In this document: positions 8,962 to 19,245 of the stretch, one piece after another
Layout: each line of letters begins with the position of its first letter
Numbering within the stretch: position 1 is the first letter of the stretch
NCBI GenBank assembly: GCA_031364845.1
Contig: JANLWX010000032.1
Location: 1 to 48,017 of the forward strand
Direction: 5' to 3'
Length of the DNA: 48,017 bases
From: Candidatus Eiseniibacteriota bacterium
GTDB taxonomy: Bacteria; Eisenbacteria; RBG-16-71-46
Notes under the pieces: model-generated
Seen by the model: the letters and a program-made list of their open reading frames with translations, nothing else
Databases searched by the model: none
Told to the model about the DNA's origin: nothing
Position numbers and translations under genes: made by a program

Positions 8962-11778
8962 ATGCCTTTGAAATTGCGACCTTTCCCTATAGTCACGTTC
9001 CTGATCCTCGCGGCGTCGTTGTTCCATGCCGCTCCGGTCACGGCCACGAGTCCCACGCCGTCCGGCACGATCCCCGTTGAAGTGGCCGAGGCCTTTGCCT
9101 CCGGTGCGTTCTCGTTGCCGCCGCGAGCCGAAGGCCTGACGACCAGCGCGATTCAGACCGTATGGCGGATTCCGGTCCTGCTCGTGGCGTTCAAGAACGA
9201 GCCCCTGACCTACGGGAAGACCGACTTCGATCTCACACTGTTCGACACCACCCGCTCGATCCCGCGCGGGTCCGTGTTCGACTACTACCTGTGGGTGTCG
9301 CGCGGCCGCCTGCGGGTCGTCGGCGAGGTCGTGGCAACGATCGTGCTGCCCAATACACGCGAGTACTATGGCGGCAACAGCTTTGGCCTCGATCAGACGG
9401 CAACCCCCGGCAATGCGTTCGGCGCCTTCCGGGACGCATTGATCCTGAGCCACAACGGAGTCGACTGGTCGCGCTTCGACCTCGACAACGACGGCTATGT
9501 CGACATGACGTGGCTGGTCCACGCCGGCCCGAGCGGTGAGAATTCAGGCAACCGCAACGACATGTGGTCGATCACCTCGCGCGCAGGTTCGTGGCGGCTC
9601 GGAGAAGCCTTCAAGACCTCCACGCGGATTCCGGGATCGATCGACCGCTTCGTGCGGATCGATCGGTTCTCGGTCATGCCGGAGCTTGCGGGCAACGGCG
9701 CCGGACCGATCGCCCAGATCGGCGTCTACTGCCACGAGTTCGGCCATGCACTCGGCTTGCCCGATCTCTACGACACCTCGGCGATGGGCGGTGCGGCGAA
9801 TGCCGGGCCGGGCAACTGGTCGCTGATGGCGACCGGGCTCTATGGCGCCAATGGGGTCTCGCCCGAATCACCCTCGCACATCGGCGCGTGGCCCATGCAG
9901 TTTCTCGGATGGGACGAGACCTCGCGACCGGATCGCGACACGTCCGTCACGCTGCGCCCGCTCTTTCAATCCAGCTCGATCATCGAGCTGTGGTTTCAGG
10001 GCGAAGCGGACGCGGAGCACTTCCTGATCGAGAATCGGCAGCGCGACACCCAGTTCGATCGCACGTTGCCGTTCGAAGGCCTGATCGTCTACCACGTGAA
10101 CGACGCGCTGCTGGGCGCGCGAACCCCCGGGAACTCCGTGAATGTCGGTCCGGTGCCGGCACTGACGCTGGTCGAAGCCGACGCCGACAGCGACCTGTTC
10201 GTCGGCCGCAATCGCGGAGACGGCAGCGATCCTTTCCCGGGAGCGCTCAACAAGACGCGGATCGACGACAACACGCGCCCCAGCCTGCGCAGCTTCAACA
10301 ACGCGGTGACCCAGCTGGCGATCGAGAACATCACGCGGTCCGGCGACGACATGCGCTTGGACCTGCAGGTGCGCGCCCCGGGATGGCTTCCGATCCAGGA
10401 TTGGACGGACGGTGCGTATGCCCCGTTGCCCGCCTACAGCCCGGCACGAACGTCCGTGCTGATGGACGACGGCACCTGTGTCCTGGTCCGCAACGAAGTC
10501 GTGAACGGCCGCCCGCAGGTGATCCTCCACTCGGGCCGCGGCGAATGGCGGAGCGAACAGATCAGCAACTCGACCGGTGCCGCACTCGACCCAACGCTGA
10601 CGCTGCTGCCGGGCGGAGACCTCGCGGTCGTATGGAGCGACACGCGCAAGGGATCGCCGAAGTTGTATCTGCGCACTCGTATTCGCGGTCGTTGGAACGA
10701 CGAAACCGTGCTCGTCGACATTCCCGGAAGCTGCACCGCGCCGGCGATCGGCTCCGATGCGCGCGGCATGATCTACCTGGCGTTCCAGCACTTCGGCACC
10801 GGTCCCTCGAAGGTGATGTTCATGAACTTCACGTGGCGATCGCCGTTCGGACGCCCGCGCGCGCTGGTCGGACCGACCGGCAATCCGTCGTCGCCGGCAC
10901 TCACCGTGAGCGCGTCCGGTGTCACCCACATCCTGTGGATTGACCGGCCGCTGGCAGGGACCGAGTCCCAGCGCATCTGGTTCTCGCGATTCCATCCCGA
11001 CACCGGTCTGTCGGCTGCGTACCCGCTCACGCGCACGCCGTTCAACTCGCAGACCGCACTGTCCGCGGTCACCGGGCACGACGGAACGCTGCACGTGGTG
11101 TGGCAGGTCAGCGGACCCGGCACTTACGAGATGCACTACCAACGGCGCCCGATGACGGGGATCCCGATCCCGCGTGACACGGTGATCGATCGCCAGTCGG
11201 AGCCGTTTCAGGCGCCGGGGCTCGCGCTCGACCGCGCCGGCGGCCTTCATCTGGTCTACGAAGGTCCCGGGGTCACGCCGGTCGAGATCCACTACAAACG
11301 GTGGCGACCCGGATATGGCTGGGATTTCCGCAGCGCCAATCTCAGCTACGGAGTGCGTGGAGGAGCCGCCGAACCGGTCGTGATTCCGACCTCGCATGAT
11401 GTCGTGACGGTGGCCTTCACGGGCTTTCCCGATGGGCGCCCTCGATTCATGATCCGCCGCCGGCTCGAACCGGGGGCGGTGCTCGATGTTCCGCTCGCTT
11501 TCGAAATTCCACGCTCGATCTCGCTGAGCGCCGGACCGAACCCGCTGCGCGCGGGTGAGACGCTGGTCCTATCGGCCGCGGGAGCCGTATCGGAGCCGTG
11601 GGTCGACATCTTCGATCTCGCGGGGCGCCGGGTGACGAGTGTGGAACTTCACCGTGACGGGGATCGCTGGCGCGCTCAAATGGCGCCCGCCGATACGCGC
11701 CAATGTCCAGCCGGTGTTTATTTTGCGCGGATTCGCGCCACTTCCGGCCCCGGGCAAAGATGGGTGATGCTTCGCTGA
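8962..11778 (+). CDS. M6 family (immune inhibitor A-like) metalloprotease with C-terminal sorting domain
   Basis: Signal peptide from ATG 8962; FDLDNDGYVD; CHEFGHALGLPDLYD zinc motif; GNWSLM; EHFLIENRQ; C-terminal PNP...IFDLAGRRV...AGVYFARI. Confidence 0.9.
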   Translation: MPLKLRPFPIVTFLILAASLFHAAPVTATSPTPSGTIPVEVAEAFASGAFSLPPRAEGLTTSAIQTVWRIPVLLVAFKNEPLTYGKTDFDLTLFDTTRSIPRGSVFDYYLWVSRGRLRVVGEVVATIVLPNTREYYGGNSFGLDQTATPGNAFGAFRDALILSHNGVDWSRFDLDNDGYVDMTWLVHAGPSGENSGNRNDMWSITSRAGSWRLGEAFKTSTRIPGSIDRFVRIDRFSVMPELAGNGAGPIAQIGVYCHEFGHALGLPDLYDTSAMGGAANAGPGNWSLMATGLYGANGVSPESPSHIGAWPMQFLGWDETSRPDRDTSVTLRPLFQSSSIIELWFQGEADAEHFLIENRQRDTQFDRTLPFEGLIVYHVNDALLGARTPGNSVNVGPVPALTLVEADADSDLFVGRNRGDGSDPFPGALNKTRIDDNTRPSLRSFNNAVTQLAIENITRSGDDMRLDLQVRAPGWLPIQDWTDGAYAPLPAYSPARTSVLMDDGTCVLVRNEVVNGRPQVILHSGRGEWRSEQISNSTGAALDPTLTLLPGGDLAVVWSDTRKGSPKLYLRTRIRGRWNDETVLVDIPGSCTAPAIGSDARGMIYLAFQHFGTGPSKVMFMNFTWRSPFGRPRALVGPTGNPSSPALTVSASGVTHILWIDRPLAGTESQRIWFSRFHPDTGLSAAYPLTRTPFNSQTALSAVTGHDGTLHVVWQVSGPGTYEMHYQRRPMTGIPIPRDTVIDRQSEPFQAPGLALDRAGGLHLVYEGPGVTPVEIHYKRWRPGYGWDFRSANLSYGVRGGAAEPVVIPTSHDVVTVAFTGFPDGRPRFMIRRRLEPGAVLDVPLAFEIPRSISLSAGPNPLRAGETLVLSAAGAVSEPWVDIFDLAGRRVTSVELHRDGDRWRAQMAPADTRQCPAGVYFARIRATSGPGQRWVMLR

Positions 11779-11801
11779 CGAAAAGCCGATAATGTGCCCG
11801 G

Positions 11802-12989
11802 ATGCTCCGACACCTTCCCCCCCGTCCCGGCACGGCTTCTTGCCAGCCCCACCACCTCGCACCGGCGCACACGTACCGGTTGAAGGCCACGCCGCACGTT
11901 ACGCGATGCGTGCGCGCGGTCGCATGGACAATCGTGGGCGCATTCGCACTCGGCATCGTCGATGCGGCACACGCGCGTCCGATGGGTCCGGCCGAGGCGC
12001 CGCCGATCGCAGGAGTGCTGGCCGATCCCGGCGACACGATGGAGCGCTGGTGCTGGTCCGGCGCATGGGTGTATCCGGTCGGTGATCCGCGAGTGCTCGG
12101 CGAACCCGAAGCATCCGGTGGCGCGGGATACCGCGTGCTGCGCCCGGTGCTGCGTGGGCGCCGTGGGGCGACCCACCAGGGCGCCGATCTCGGAAATCGC
12201 GGCGGAGGGGGCACGGTCCGCGCCGCCGCGAGCGGACTGGTGGTCCGCGCAGCGAATTCCGCCACGAGCGGCTACGGCGAACACGTGGTGATCGCCCACC
12301 GGCTCGACGATGGCGGTCTCGTCTACAGCGTCTACGCCCATCTCGTGAAGGGATCGATCGCGGTCAAGGAAGGCGAGATCGTCCCGGCCGGGCTGTCGAT
12401 CGGGCGCGTCGGGCGCACCGGCCGCGCGAGCACGGAGCACCTTCATTTCGAGATCCGGCGCCCGCGCAATGCGGAGTTGCGCTGGGAGAACGCGGGCGTC
12501 GAGGATCCGCTCGCCTTCATCCATGAGCGGCTCACGTCCCATCCGGACTCAGCATCAAGGGCAATGCCGTACCTCGAGTGGGCCGAGGCCTCGGCGCTGA
12601 TCGAGCGCAACGCCGCGACCGCCACGCCGCTCGAGCGCTCGACGTGGTGGAGCATGCTCGCGCGCGCCGCGCGCCACTCGCTGCGCGATCTTCCCTCCGA
12701 CGTCGTGCTCGCGAAGCGGCTGTTGTCGGAACTCGGCGTACTCGACGATCGCACCGATTTCGACCGTGATCACCCGGTCGAATGGGCGGAGTTGCACCAC
12801 GACTTGAAGCGGCTGGCCGATGTCGGCATCCGGCTTCCGGCCTGCCTCGCCCTCGGGAAATCCACAGGGAAGTTCCGCCGCAGCACCGGCGGCGAGACCG
12901 ATCGCGGCACGACTCCGACCCTCGCCGACGCCTGCTTCGAGCTCGCTGAACTCGCCTCGGCGCCCGTAAAGCCGCTCCCGCGGCCGTAG
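11802..12989 (+). CDS. M23 family metallopeptidase with C-terminal helical extension
   Basis: HQGADL (HxxxD), VRAAASGLV, GYG..VVI.H, YAHL and HLHFEIR (HxH). The true start may be about 100 nt downstream. Confidence 0.85.
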   Translation: MLRHLPPRPGTASCQPHHLAPAHTYRLKATPHVTRCVRAVAWTIVGAFALGIVDAAHARPMGPAEAPPIAGVLADPGDTMERWCWSGAWVYPVGDPRVLGEPEASGGAGYRVLRPVLRGRRGATHQGADLGNRGGGGTVRAAASGLVVRAANSATSGYGEHVVIAHRLDDGGLVYSVYAHLVKGSIAVKEGEIVPAGLSIGRVGRTGRASTEHLHFEIRRPRNAELRWENAGVEDPLAFIHERLTSHPDSASRAMPYLEWAEASALIERNAATATPLERSTWWSMLARAARHSLRDLPSDVVLAKRLLSELGVLDDRTDFDRDHPVEWAELHHDLKRLADVGIRLPACLALGKSTGKFRRSTGGETDRGTTPTLADACFELAELASAPVKPLPRP

Positions 12990-13163
12990 GGTTTCGCAAG
13001 GCCGGCCGGCGTTGAGCCGCATGGCTCAGGCCCGGGCATCCTGCACGGGTCCCGCGAGCACAACGCCCGCACACTCGCATCCCCTGCGAGTTCTCGCCTC
13101 AACAGCCCGCGCGTAACTGCCGATAATCCCTGCGAACGCAGGTCTCCTTCGCGGCGCGATGGG

Positions 13164-13180
13164 TTGGCATTCGATCTGCT
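13164..13180 (+). promoter_or_regulatory. Putative sigma54 (-24/-12) promoter of the pilin operon
   Basis: TTGGCATTCGATCTGCT has GG-N10-GC spacing and ends 23 nt before ATG 13204. Confidence 0.65.
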
Positions 13181-13203
13181 ACCTCGTTAGTGGAGACCAT
13201 GCC

Positions 13204-13644
13204 ATGTCCAAACCAAACGAATCCGGATTCTCTCTCATCGAGCTGATGTTCGTCGTGATCATTCTCGGAACGATGATCGCCATGAGCATCCCCTCGATGA
13301 AGGGCTTCCGCCAGACCTACGATCTGCGATCGGCGACCGAGAACATCGCGGGGCAGATCACGCTCGCCCGCCAGAAGGCGATGGCGACCGACAGCATGCA
13401 GACCATTCACTTTTCGTTGGACTACCAGTCGTGCGACTACCACATCCGCAACGGAACGGTGCTCAGCCCGAAGTGGAACCTGCCGAACGGCATCGTCTAC
13501 TACACCGGCACCGGCACCCAGAACGAATTTCGCATGAAGAGCAACGGTCGCTGCATGGACTCCGGGATGGTCATCCTCGAAGACGTGCGCGGCATACGCG
13601 ATACGGTGAGCGTGCTGGCTTCCGGCCTCATCATACTTCGATGA
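13204..13644 (+). CDS. Type IV minor pilin / pseudopilin, FimT/GspH-like
   Basis: ESG|FSLIELMFVVIILG prepilin cleavage motif with E5; ARQKAM helix motif. Confidence 0.88.
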   Translation: MSKPNESGFSLIELMFVVIILGTMIAMSIPSMKGFRQTYDLRSATENIAGQITLARQKAMATDSMQTIHFSLDYQSCDYHIRNGTVLSPKWNLPNGIVYYTGTGTQNEFRMKSNGRCMDSGMVILEDVRGIRDTVSVLASGLIILR

Positions 13645-14057
13645 CGAGGGTTCAAATGACGCAGGCATCCGGAGCAGTAAAGGCGATGGACGAACGTGGC
13701 GTGAGCCTCGTCGAACTCATGGTCGCCCTGGTCGTCGTCTCGATCGGAATCCTTTCGGTGTTCCAATTGTTCCCGGTCGGGATGCGGAGCCAGAGCAACG
13801 ACCGCATGTTCTCGAAAGGCACCTACTACGCCCAGCAAGAGCTCGAGCGGCTGAGCGGGCTCGCGTACGGCGATGTCGATCTCATCATCGGCACGCATCC
13901 TTCGGGCAGCCCGGAGAGCATCAGCGGCGGCTTTCAGCGCTCCTACGTCGTATCGATGCTCGACGAACCGATGGAGAACGTGAAGAAAGTCGACGTCACC
14001 GTCACGTGGAGTGCCGGAGCGAAATCCACCCACGCCATCTCCTACGTGAGGCGCTGA
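13641..14057 (+). CDS. Type IV minor pilin, PilV-like
   Basis: ERG|VSLVELMVALVVVSIGIL; C-terminal KKVDVTVTW; ATGA overlap with the upstream gene (alternative start 13686). Confidence 0.85.
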   Translation: MTRVQMTQASGAVKAMDERGVSLVELMVALVVVSIGILSVFQLFPVGMRSQSNDRMFSKGTYYAQQELERLSGLAYGDVDLIIGTHPSGSPESISGGFQRSYVVSMLDEPMENVKKVDVTVTWSAGAKSTHAISYVRR

Positions 14058-14060
14058 ACC

Positions 14061-17051
14061 ATGTACGCATCGGGACGCAATCGCCTAAACTCCGCGGGCT
14101 TCACGCTGATCGAGATGATGGTCACGCTCGCGATCCTCGCGATCGTGACGCTCGTGCTCACGACGCTGATCGTCGGCGCGGGCCGCAGCCGGACCTCGAG
14201 CATGAACGGCGTCGAGGCGACCAACGCCGCCCGCACCGCGCTCCAGATGATGGTCGAGGACATCCGCATCGCGGGTTACGGGGTCGACGCCGACTACTCG
14301 GCATCCCCGCAGCCAGCGATCGCCTATGTCGACTCACTCCAGATCCTGATCTACGGCAACCTCAATCCGTATCCTGACACGACGGCGAAGAAGATGCCTC
14401 CGCTCGCCTATCAGCCGACCGGCAATCCCAAGCCGCAGCCTCTGAACGGGACGTCGTGGGCGCCGCCGATCAAGTATCGGACGGGTGCCGAGATCATCCG
14501 CTGGACGCTCGATGCCAACAACGACGGCCAGGTGGACAACGGCGATCGAGCGGGAGAAGGCATCGACGCGCTGGCGACCAAGAACCCCAACGACTACGTG
14601 CTGATCCGCCAGGTCTACGGCGACTCCACCGGCAACGTCGCCGGGAACAACGGCGGAACGACCGAGCGCATCGCGCTGGTCCGCAAGCCCGGCTCCGGCA
14701 TCCGGCCCTTGTTCACGGTGTATCTCTCGGGAAGTTCGACTCCGTGGAACTGGTCGTCGGGACCCATCCCGGCGGCACAGCTCAAGGACATCAAGCGCGT
14801 CGTGGTCGAGGTCACCGCCACCAGCGGGCGCCCCGACTGGCGCGGCCAGTATTCGGACACCCGCTTGCTGGGTGAAGCCAATTCGCTGCGCAACACGCCG
14901 AGCTTCTCGTTCACGGAATATCTGGTTTCGGGCTACGTCTACAACGACAAGAACAAGAACGGGGTCAAGGACGGCACGGATACCGGAATCGAAGGCGCCA
15001 CCGTCACAGTCGGTGGGTATCTCAACAAAGACACCGACATGAATGGCTACTACGTGATCAGTGTGCCCGCCGGAACCTATGATGTGACCCACACGCCGGC
15101 TGCGGGCTACGGGCCGTACGGAACCCAGACCTACTCGATCACGGTCCCGCCCGCCACGACGAAGTCGTTCGGCGACACGGCGCGCGCCGGTGGGTGGGCC
15201 AAGGTCTACGCGTACAACGATCTCGATGGTGATGCGAACCTGGACGGCAACGAAAACGATGCCTTCCTGCCCGGCCTGGCGATCTATGTCAATGGTGATA
15301 CCACGGCCGCCGGGGAGACCGAAGGCGACACGTATGCTTCCGTGTTCATCCCCGCGGGGGGCTATTCGCTCACGACCGCGCTTCCCGACTCCTTCTTCTT
15401 CACCACGACGAGTCCGAAGACCGCAACGATGAACAACGGCGGAACGGCCACGATCTACGTCGGGATGAAGGCCAAGAACTCCGGCTACATCACCGGCAAG
15501 GTCTATGTCGACAACAACCGGGACGGCGTGTGGCAGACCGGCGAACCCGGCGTGAAGAACGTTTGGGTCGGCGCCAGCACCGGCAACGGCAACGGCAATG
15601 GCAACGGCAACGGCAATGCCAACGCTGTCACCACGCTCTTCGAGTACACCGACAACAACGGCAACTACATGATCCGTGTGCCGGCGAACGATCCGCCGAA
15701 GACGCAGCCCTATACCGTCGAATGCGTGCCGACCACGGGCTACGCGATCAGTGATTTGACCAAGGGCAACATCTGGGTGCAGAACAACCAGACCGTGAGC
15801 GGCAACAACTTCGGCATCGGCGGGTTCCAGGTGATCACGGCGAGCGCGAACAAGGTGCTGAGCCTCACGAGTGGCGACGTGGTGGAGAACGACTCGACGA
15901 CGGGCCTGCCGGGCACGCTGCGCAACGACAACGACATCGTGCTCGGAACCGAGTCGGGCGCCGCGAACAACATCCTCACGTGGTTCAATCAATACGACGA
16001 GAAACCGTTGTTCGCCGGAAATGCCAGCTACACGCGCAGCGCCCCTTACTGGGTGCTGGCGCTCGCGCTCGACAGTCTCGATCTGTCGGCGCCGCGGCGT
16101 CGTCTCGACATGGTCTCCGGCACCCGCTACACGCCGTCGGGCAACCTGTTCGTATGGTTCAACCAGGGTACCAGCGGCAACCAGGGATACTTCCCAACCG
16201 CTTACAGTCAGGGTTACCTGACATCGGACAATGGCGACTGTCAGGCCATCCGCACATACAACTGTGTCGGAGGCGCGGGCCTCGATCTGATCGTCGGCAC
16301 CCGTTCTCCGGTTCCCGGCACCGGGACCATCGAAGTGTGGCAGAGCAACGATGCCACCACGCCGACGTTCTCACGCGCGCAGAAGATGCCGGGCTCCGGC
16401 GGCGCGCCGTCGAACATGGGTGAGATCGTGGGCATGGTGCTGGCAAACCTGAATTCCAGCTCCACTCCCGAACTCATCGTCGGCACGCGCACCGGTGAAT
16501 ACTCAGGACAGCTGCTGGTGTTCGAGCTGGTCAGCGGGGTCTGGACGTCGCGCGCGTCGTACACCCTCGCGAGTGACGAAGTCACCAGCATTACGGCACT
16601 CGACGTCGATGGTGACGCGAAGATCGACATCGTCACGGGAACCATGAACAGCATGACCTCCGGCAAGATCCAGTGGTGGAAGAACACCGGATCCGGCGCG
16701 ACCGTCGCGCTCACGCTGACCCAGGAGCGCGCCGGGCCGGGCGTGGTGACGGCTCTCGCGAGCGGAGACTTTGGCGGCACCGGGCGCAGCGACATCCTGG
16801 TCGGCTGGCGCGAGAACACCAACAACTACAGGGGCGGCGTTCAGATCTTCTACACCGACGGAGACGACCTTGCGGCGACCGGTTCCGATCCGTCGGGCGG
16901 CACGGTCAAGCACGTGGTGGTCGGCATCACGGTCAACCACTTCGATTACGGCACCTACCCCACGACGCCGTCGACTCCGTACCTGCTGGACTTCGCCGTG
17001 GGTGAGAAACAAAACGCCAATACCGGCAACCTCGTGGTGTTCGTCCGATGA
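14061..17051 (+). CDS. Giant PilW-like prepilin fused to SdrD-B-like Ig domains and FG-GAP/VCBS-type repeats
   Basis: AG|FTLIEMMVTLAIL and DIRIAGY (PilW-like); three G.VY.D.N.DG-type units; repeats LDLIVG, PELIVG, DVDGDAKIDIVTG, DFGGTGRSDILVG; 996 aa. Confidence 0.85.
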   Translation: MYASGRNRLNSAGFTLIEMMVTLAILAIVTLVLTTLIVGAGRSRTSSMNGVEATNAARTALQMMVEDIRIAGYGVDADYSASPQPAIAYVDSLQILIYGNLNPYPDTTAKKMPPLAYQPTGNPKPQPLNGTSWAPPIKYRTGAEIIRWTLDANNDGQVDNGDRAGEGIDALATKNPNDYVLIRQVYGDSTGNVAGNNGGTTERIALVRKPGSGIRPLFTVYLSGSSTPWNWSSGPIPAAQLKDIKRVVVEVTATSGRPDWRGQYSDTRLLGEANSLRNTPSFSFTEYLVSGYVYNDKNKNGVKDGTDTGIEGATVTVGGYLNKDTDMNGYYVISVPAGTYDVTHTPAAGYGPYGTQTYSITVPPATTKSFGDTARAGGWAKVYAYNDLDGDANLDGNENDAFLPGLAIYVNGDTTAAGETEGDTYASVFIPAGGYSLTTALPDSFFFTTTSPKTATMNNGGTATIYVGMKAKNSGYITGKVYVDNNRDGVWQTGEPGVKNVWVGASTGNGNGNGNGNGNANAVTTLFEYTDNNGNYMIRVPANDPPKTQPYTVECVPTTGYAISDLTKGNIWVQNNQTVSGNNFGIGGFQVITASANKVLSLTSGDVVENDSTTGLPGTLRNDNDIVLGTESGAANNILTWFNQYDEKPLFAGNASYTRSAPYWVLALALDSLDLSAPRRRLDMVSGTRYTPSGNLFVWFNQGTSGNQGYFPTAYSQGYLTSDNGDCQAIRTYNCVGGAGLDLIVGTRSPVPGTGTIEVWQSNDATTPTFSRAQKMPGSGGAPSNMGEIVGMVLANLNSSSTPELIVGTRTGEYSGQLLVFELVSGVWTSRASYTLASDEVTSITALDVDGDAKIDIVTGTMNSMTSGKIQWWKNTGSGATVALTLTQERAGPGVVTALASGDFGGTGRSDILVGWRENTNNYRGGVQIFYTDGDDLAATGSDPSGGTVKHVVVGITVNHFDYGTYPTTPSTPYLLDFAVGEKQNANTGNLVVFVR
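15582..15623 (+). repeat. In-frame GGCAAY tandem repeat encoding (GN)6-AN
   Basis: ggcaac ggcaac ggcaat x2 followed by gccaac. Confidence 0.9.
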
Positions 17052-18286
17052 ATGGAGGAAGTGTGCGATCTCAGGTGAAGTCTCCGGCGCTCAACGAGCG
17101 CGGCATGGCGCTGGTGATTGCGCTGGTGGTGTTGATCGTCCTTTCGATCATGTCCCTTGCCTTCATCATGTCGATCAACGTCGGGAAGCGTAATGCCAGT
17201 TATGACGCTCAGGCCGCTCGCGCCCTCAATGTCGCCGACGCCGGCATCGCCGAGGCAATGGAGCGTATCCGCCAGGGTGAGATTCCGAACACGATGGACC
17301 CCAAAGCCGTCGCCCAGATCTTCCTGACCGACGAAGGCTCGGTTCCGGTGCTGGGCGCCGACTCGATCGCGCTCGGCACGCACCAACCGGCCGGGGCCTG
17401 GCTGACCTACAGTTCGGCGACGCGCTCACCCGAAGTGTTGACGATCGGCTACAAGACGAACGCGGCGCGCACCGTGATCTACCGGTACGACGCGACCAAA
17501 AACCCTGCGGTCCAAGTCTTGACGGGGCAGCCGATCTACCAGATCACCTCCACCGGCCGCCATGGGAACTCGAAGCGCACCGTGGTGGCGGAGGTCGTCA
17601 GTCGCGCGCTCGGCGTCAATCTCAAGTCGGCTCTGACCGCCAAGAGAGGGATCAGTACCAAGAGCTACAATGCAAATGGATATGACCATCGGTCGGACAC
17701 GCCGAGCCAGACAGGGAATGACGGCAGTCGCATTCCCGCGTGGGAAACATCATCGTCTCCGAAACCTGGAGTCTGGACGGGCAAGAAGGCCGATGTGAAG
17801 GACGGCACCCTTCAGGGCGTGCCCACAAAGCTCGAAAAACAGACCGGATTCTACGGCGGTGTCTGGGACGTCCTGAACATGACGCAGCAGGAATTCGACG
17901 GGTTCATCGGTGAGCCCAACGGTGACAAGAAACAGGGCAACCCGCGGGGCCTCACCTACGTCGACCGGCCGGGCGGAAAGCCGCACGACGGCAAAGGCAA
18001 GTTCGAGTGGAAGGGCGGATTCAACGGCGACGGTATTCTCTACGTGAACGGGGATTTCAAGGTCAAGGGCGATTTCACGTTCCGCGGCCTGATCTACGTG
18101 AACGGCCTCTTCGAGATCGAGGGTGTCGCGTGGATCCTTGGCGGAGTCGTCGCTCAGGAGGTCAAGCTGACTGGCAAGAAGGGCAGCGAACGGACCATCC
18201 TGCGCAGTGACCAGGCTGTCGCCCAGAACATCTCCAAGGGCGGTGGCTTGTTCGCGACGTTGTCGTGGCGCGAACTCCGCGACTGA
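17048..18286 (+). CDS. PilX-like minor pilin (no E5) with C-terminal beta-helix-like region
   Basis: NERG|MALVIALVVLIVL; A.NVADAGI.EA; YQITSTG; GILYVNGD...F.GLIYV.G; ends LSWRE. Confidence 0.85.
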   Translation: MNGGSVRSQVKSPALNERGMALVIALVVLIVLSIMSLAFIMSINVGKRNASYDAQAARALNVADAGIAEAMERIRQGEIPNTMDPKAVAQIFLTDEGSVPVLGADSIALGTHQPAGAWLTYSSATRSPEVLTIGYKTNAARTVIYRYDATKNPAVQVLTGQPIYQITSTGRHGNSKRTVVAEVVSRALGVNLKSALTAKRGISTKSYNANGYDHRSDTPSQTGNDGSRIPAWETSSSPKPGVWTGKKADVKDGTLQGVPTKLEKQTGFYGGVWDVLNMTQQEFDGFIGEPNGDKKQGNPRGLTYVDRPGGKPHDGKGKFEWKGGFNGDGILYVNGDFKVKGDFTFRGLIYVNGLFEIEGVAWILGGVVAQEVKLTGKKGSERTILRSDQAVAQNISKGGGLFATLSWRELRD

Positions 18287-18319
18287 GACGATCGGGCGGT
18301 TTTCGCCGCGGGTGCGCAC

Positions 18320-18349
18320 GAGAGTGCGCGTCCGCGGCGCTCTCTTTTT
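18320..18349 (+). terminator. Rho-independent terminator of the pilin operon
   Basis: GAGAGTGC...GCGCTCTC followed by TTTTT, about 35 nt after the stop at 18286. Confidence 0.7.
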
Positions 18350-18502
18350 GCTGCGCATCAGCGCACGACGCGCGTCACGGAAGTCGGCCGCTCAGAAGTC
18401 GACGTCGCAATCCCGGCACATCCTCGTGCGGGGATGCCCCCCCTGTGACATGATGTCGCGCGGCGCACGGCGACCGCCGCCGCACTGGCCACGGAGAGGC
18501 CC

Positions 18503-19195
18503 ATGTCCGCACCCCGCAATTCCCAGCCCGTCATCCAGGTGATCCCGAGCGGCAGGTGGCCGGCGACGCTGGCGATGACGATCGTCGCACTGCTGTGCCT
18601 TCACCTGGCACTTCAATTCGACCGGTTCCACACGCGGTTTCTGACGGTGGAACTCCACGCCCTGTTCGATCTCGACGAAGAGCAGAACGTGCCGAGCTGG
18701 TTCTCGGGCGCGCAACTCCTGTTCGCGGCCACTCTTGCCTTTGCGCTCGCCGTCGCCCATCGCCGCAGGGTGCCCGCGGAATCCAAATGGTGGAGCGGAC
18801 TCGCGACGGTGCTGGTGTTCCTCTCCCTGGACGAGATCGCAGGTCTCCACGAGACGGTCAACAGCCTGATCGTGATGTCGTGGGCGATACCCTTCGGGAT
18901 CGTCGCGCTGGTCGTGGCGCTGTCGTTCATCCCGTTCGTCCACCGCCTGCCCGCGCCCACGCGTAACGGTATCGTGCTTTCGGGAGCACTTTATTTTGCT
19001 GGGGCGATCGTCGTCGAGTTGATCACCAGTTTTTACTTCGATCAGGACACCAAGCGCCAGTTCCGCTATGCGCTGCTCACCCTGCTGGAAGAAGGGCTCG
19101 AACTATTCGGAGTCTGGATTCTGATTCGCACGCTGCTCGCGTACATGAGTGCGTCGCGACTGTCGCTCGCCGTGGTGAGTGAAACCGAGTCCTGA
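18503..19195 (+). CDS. Conserved hypothetical integral membrane protein (~6 TM)
   Basis: Hydrophobic helices with motifs FDLDEEQNVPSWFS, SLDE..GLHE and EEGLELFG; GGAGAG RBS. Confidence 0.8.
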   Translation: MSAPRNSQPVIQVIPSGRWPATLAMTIVALLCLHLALQFDRFHTRFLTVELHALFDLDEEQNVPSWFSGAQLLFAATLAFALAVAHRRRVPAESKWWSGLATVLVFLSLDEIAGLHETVNSLIVMSWAIPFGIVALVVALSFIPFVHRLPAPTRNGIVLSGALYFAGAIVVELITSFYFDQDTKRQFRYALLTLLEEGLELFGVWILIRTLLAYMSASRLSLAVVSETES

Positions 19196-19245
19196 GACAG
19201 CGCTTCCTTGAATCTCGCGGCTTCCCGGTGCTACGGTCCCGCCAC

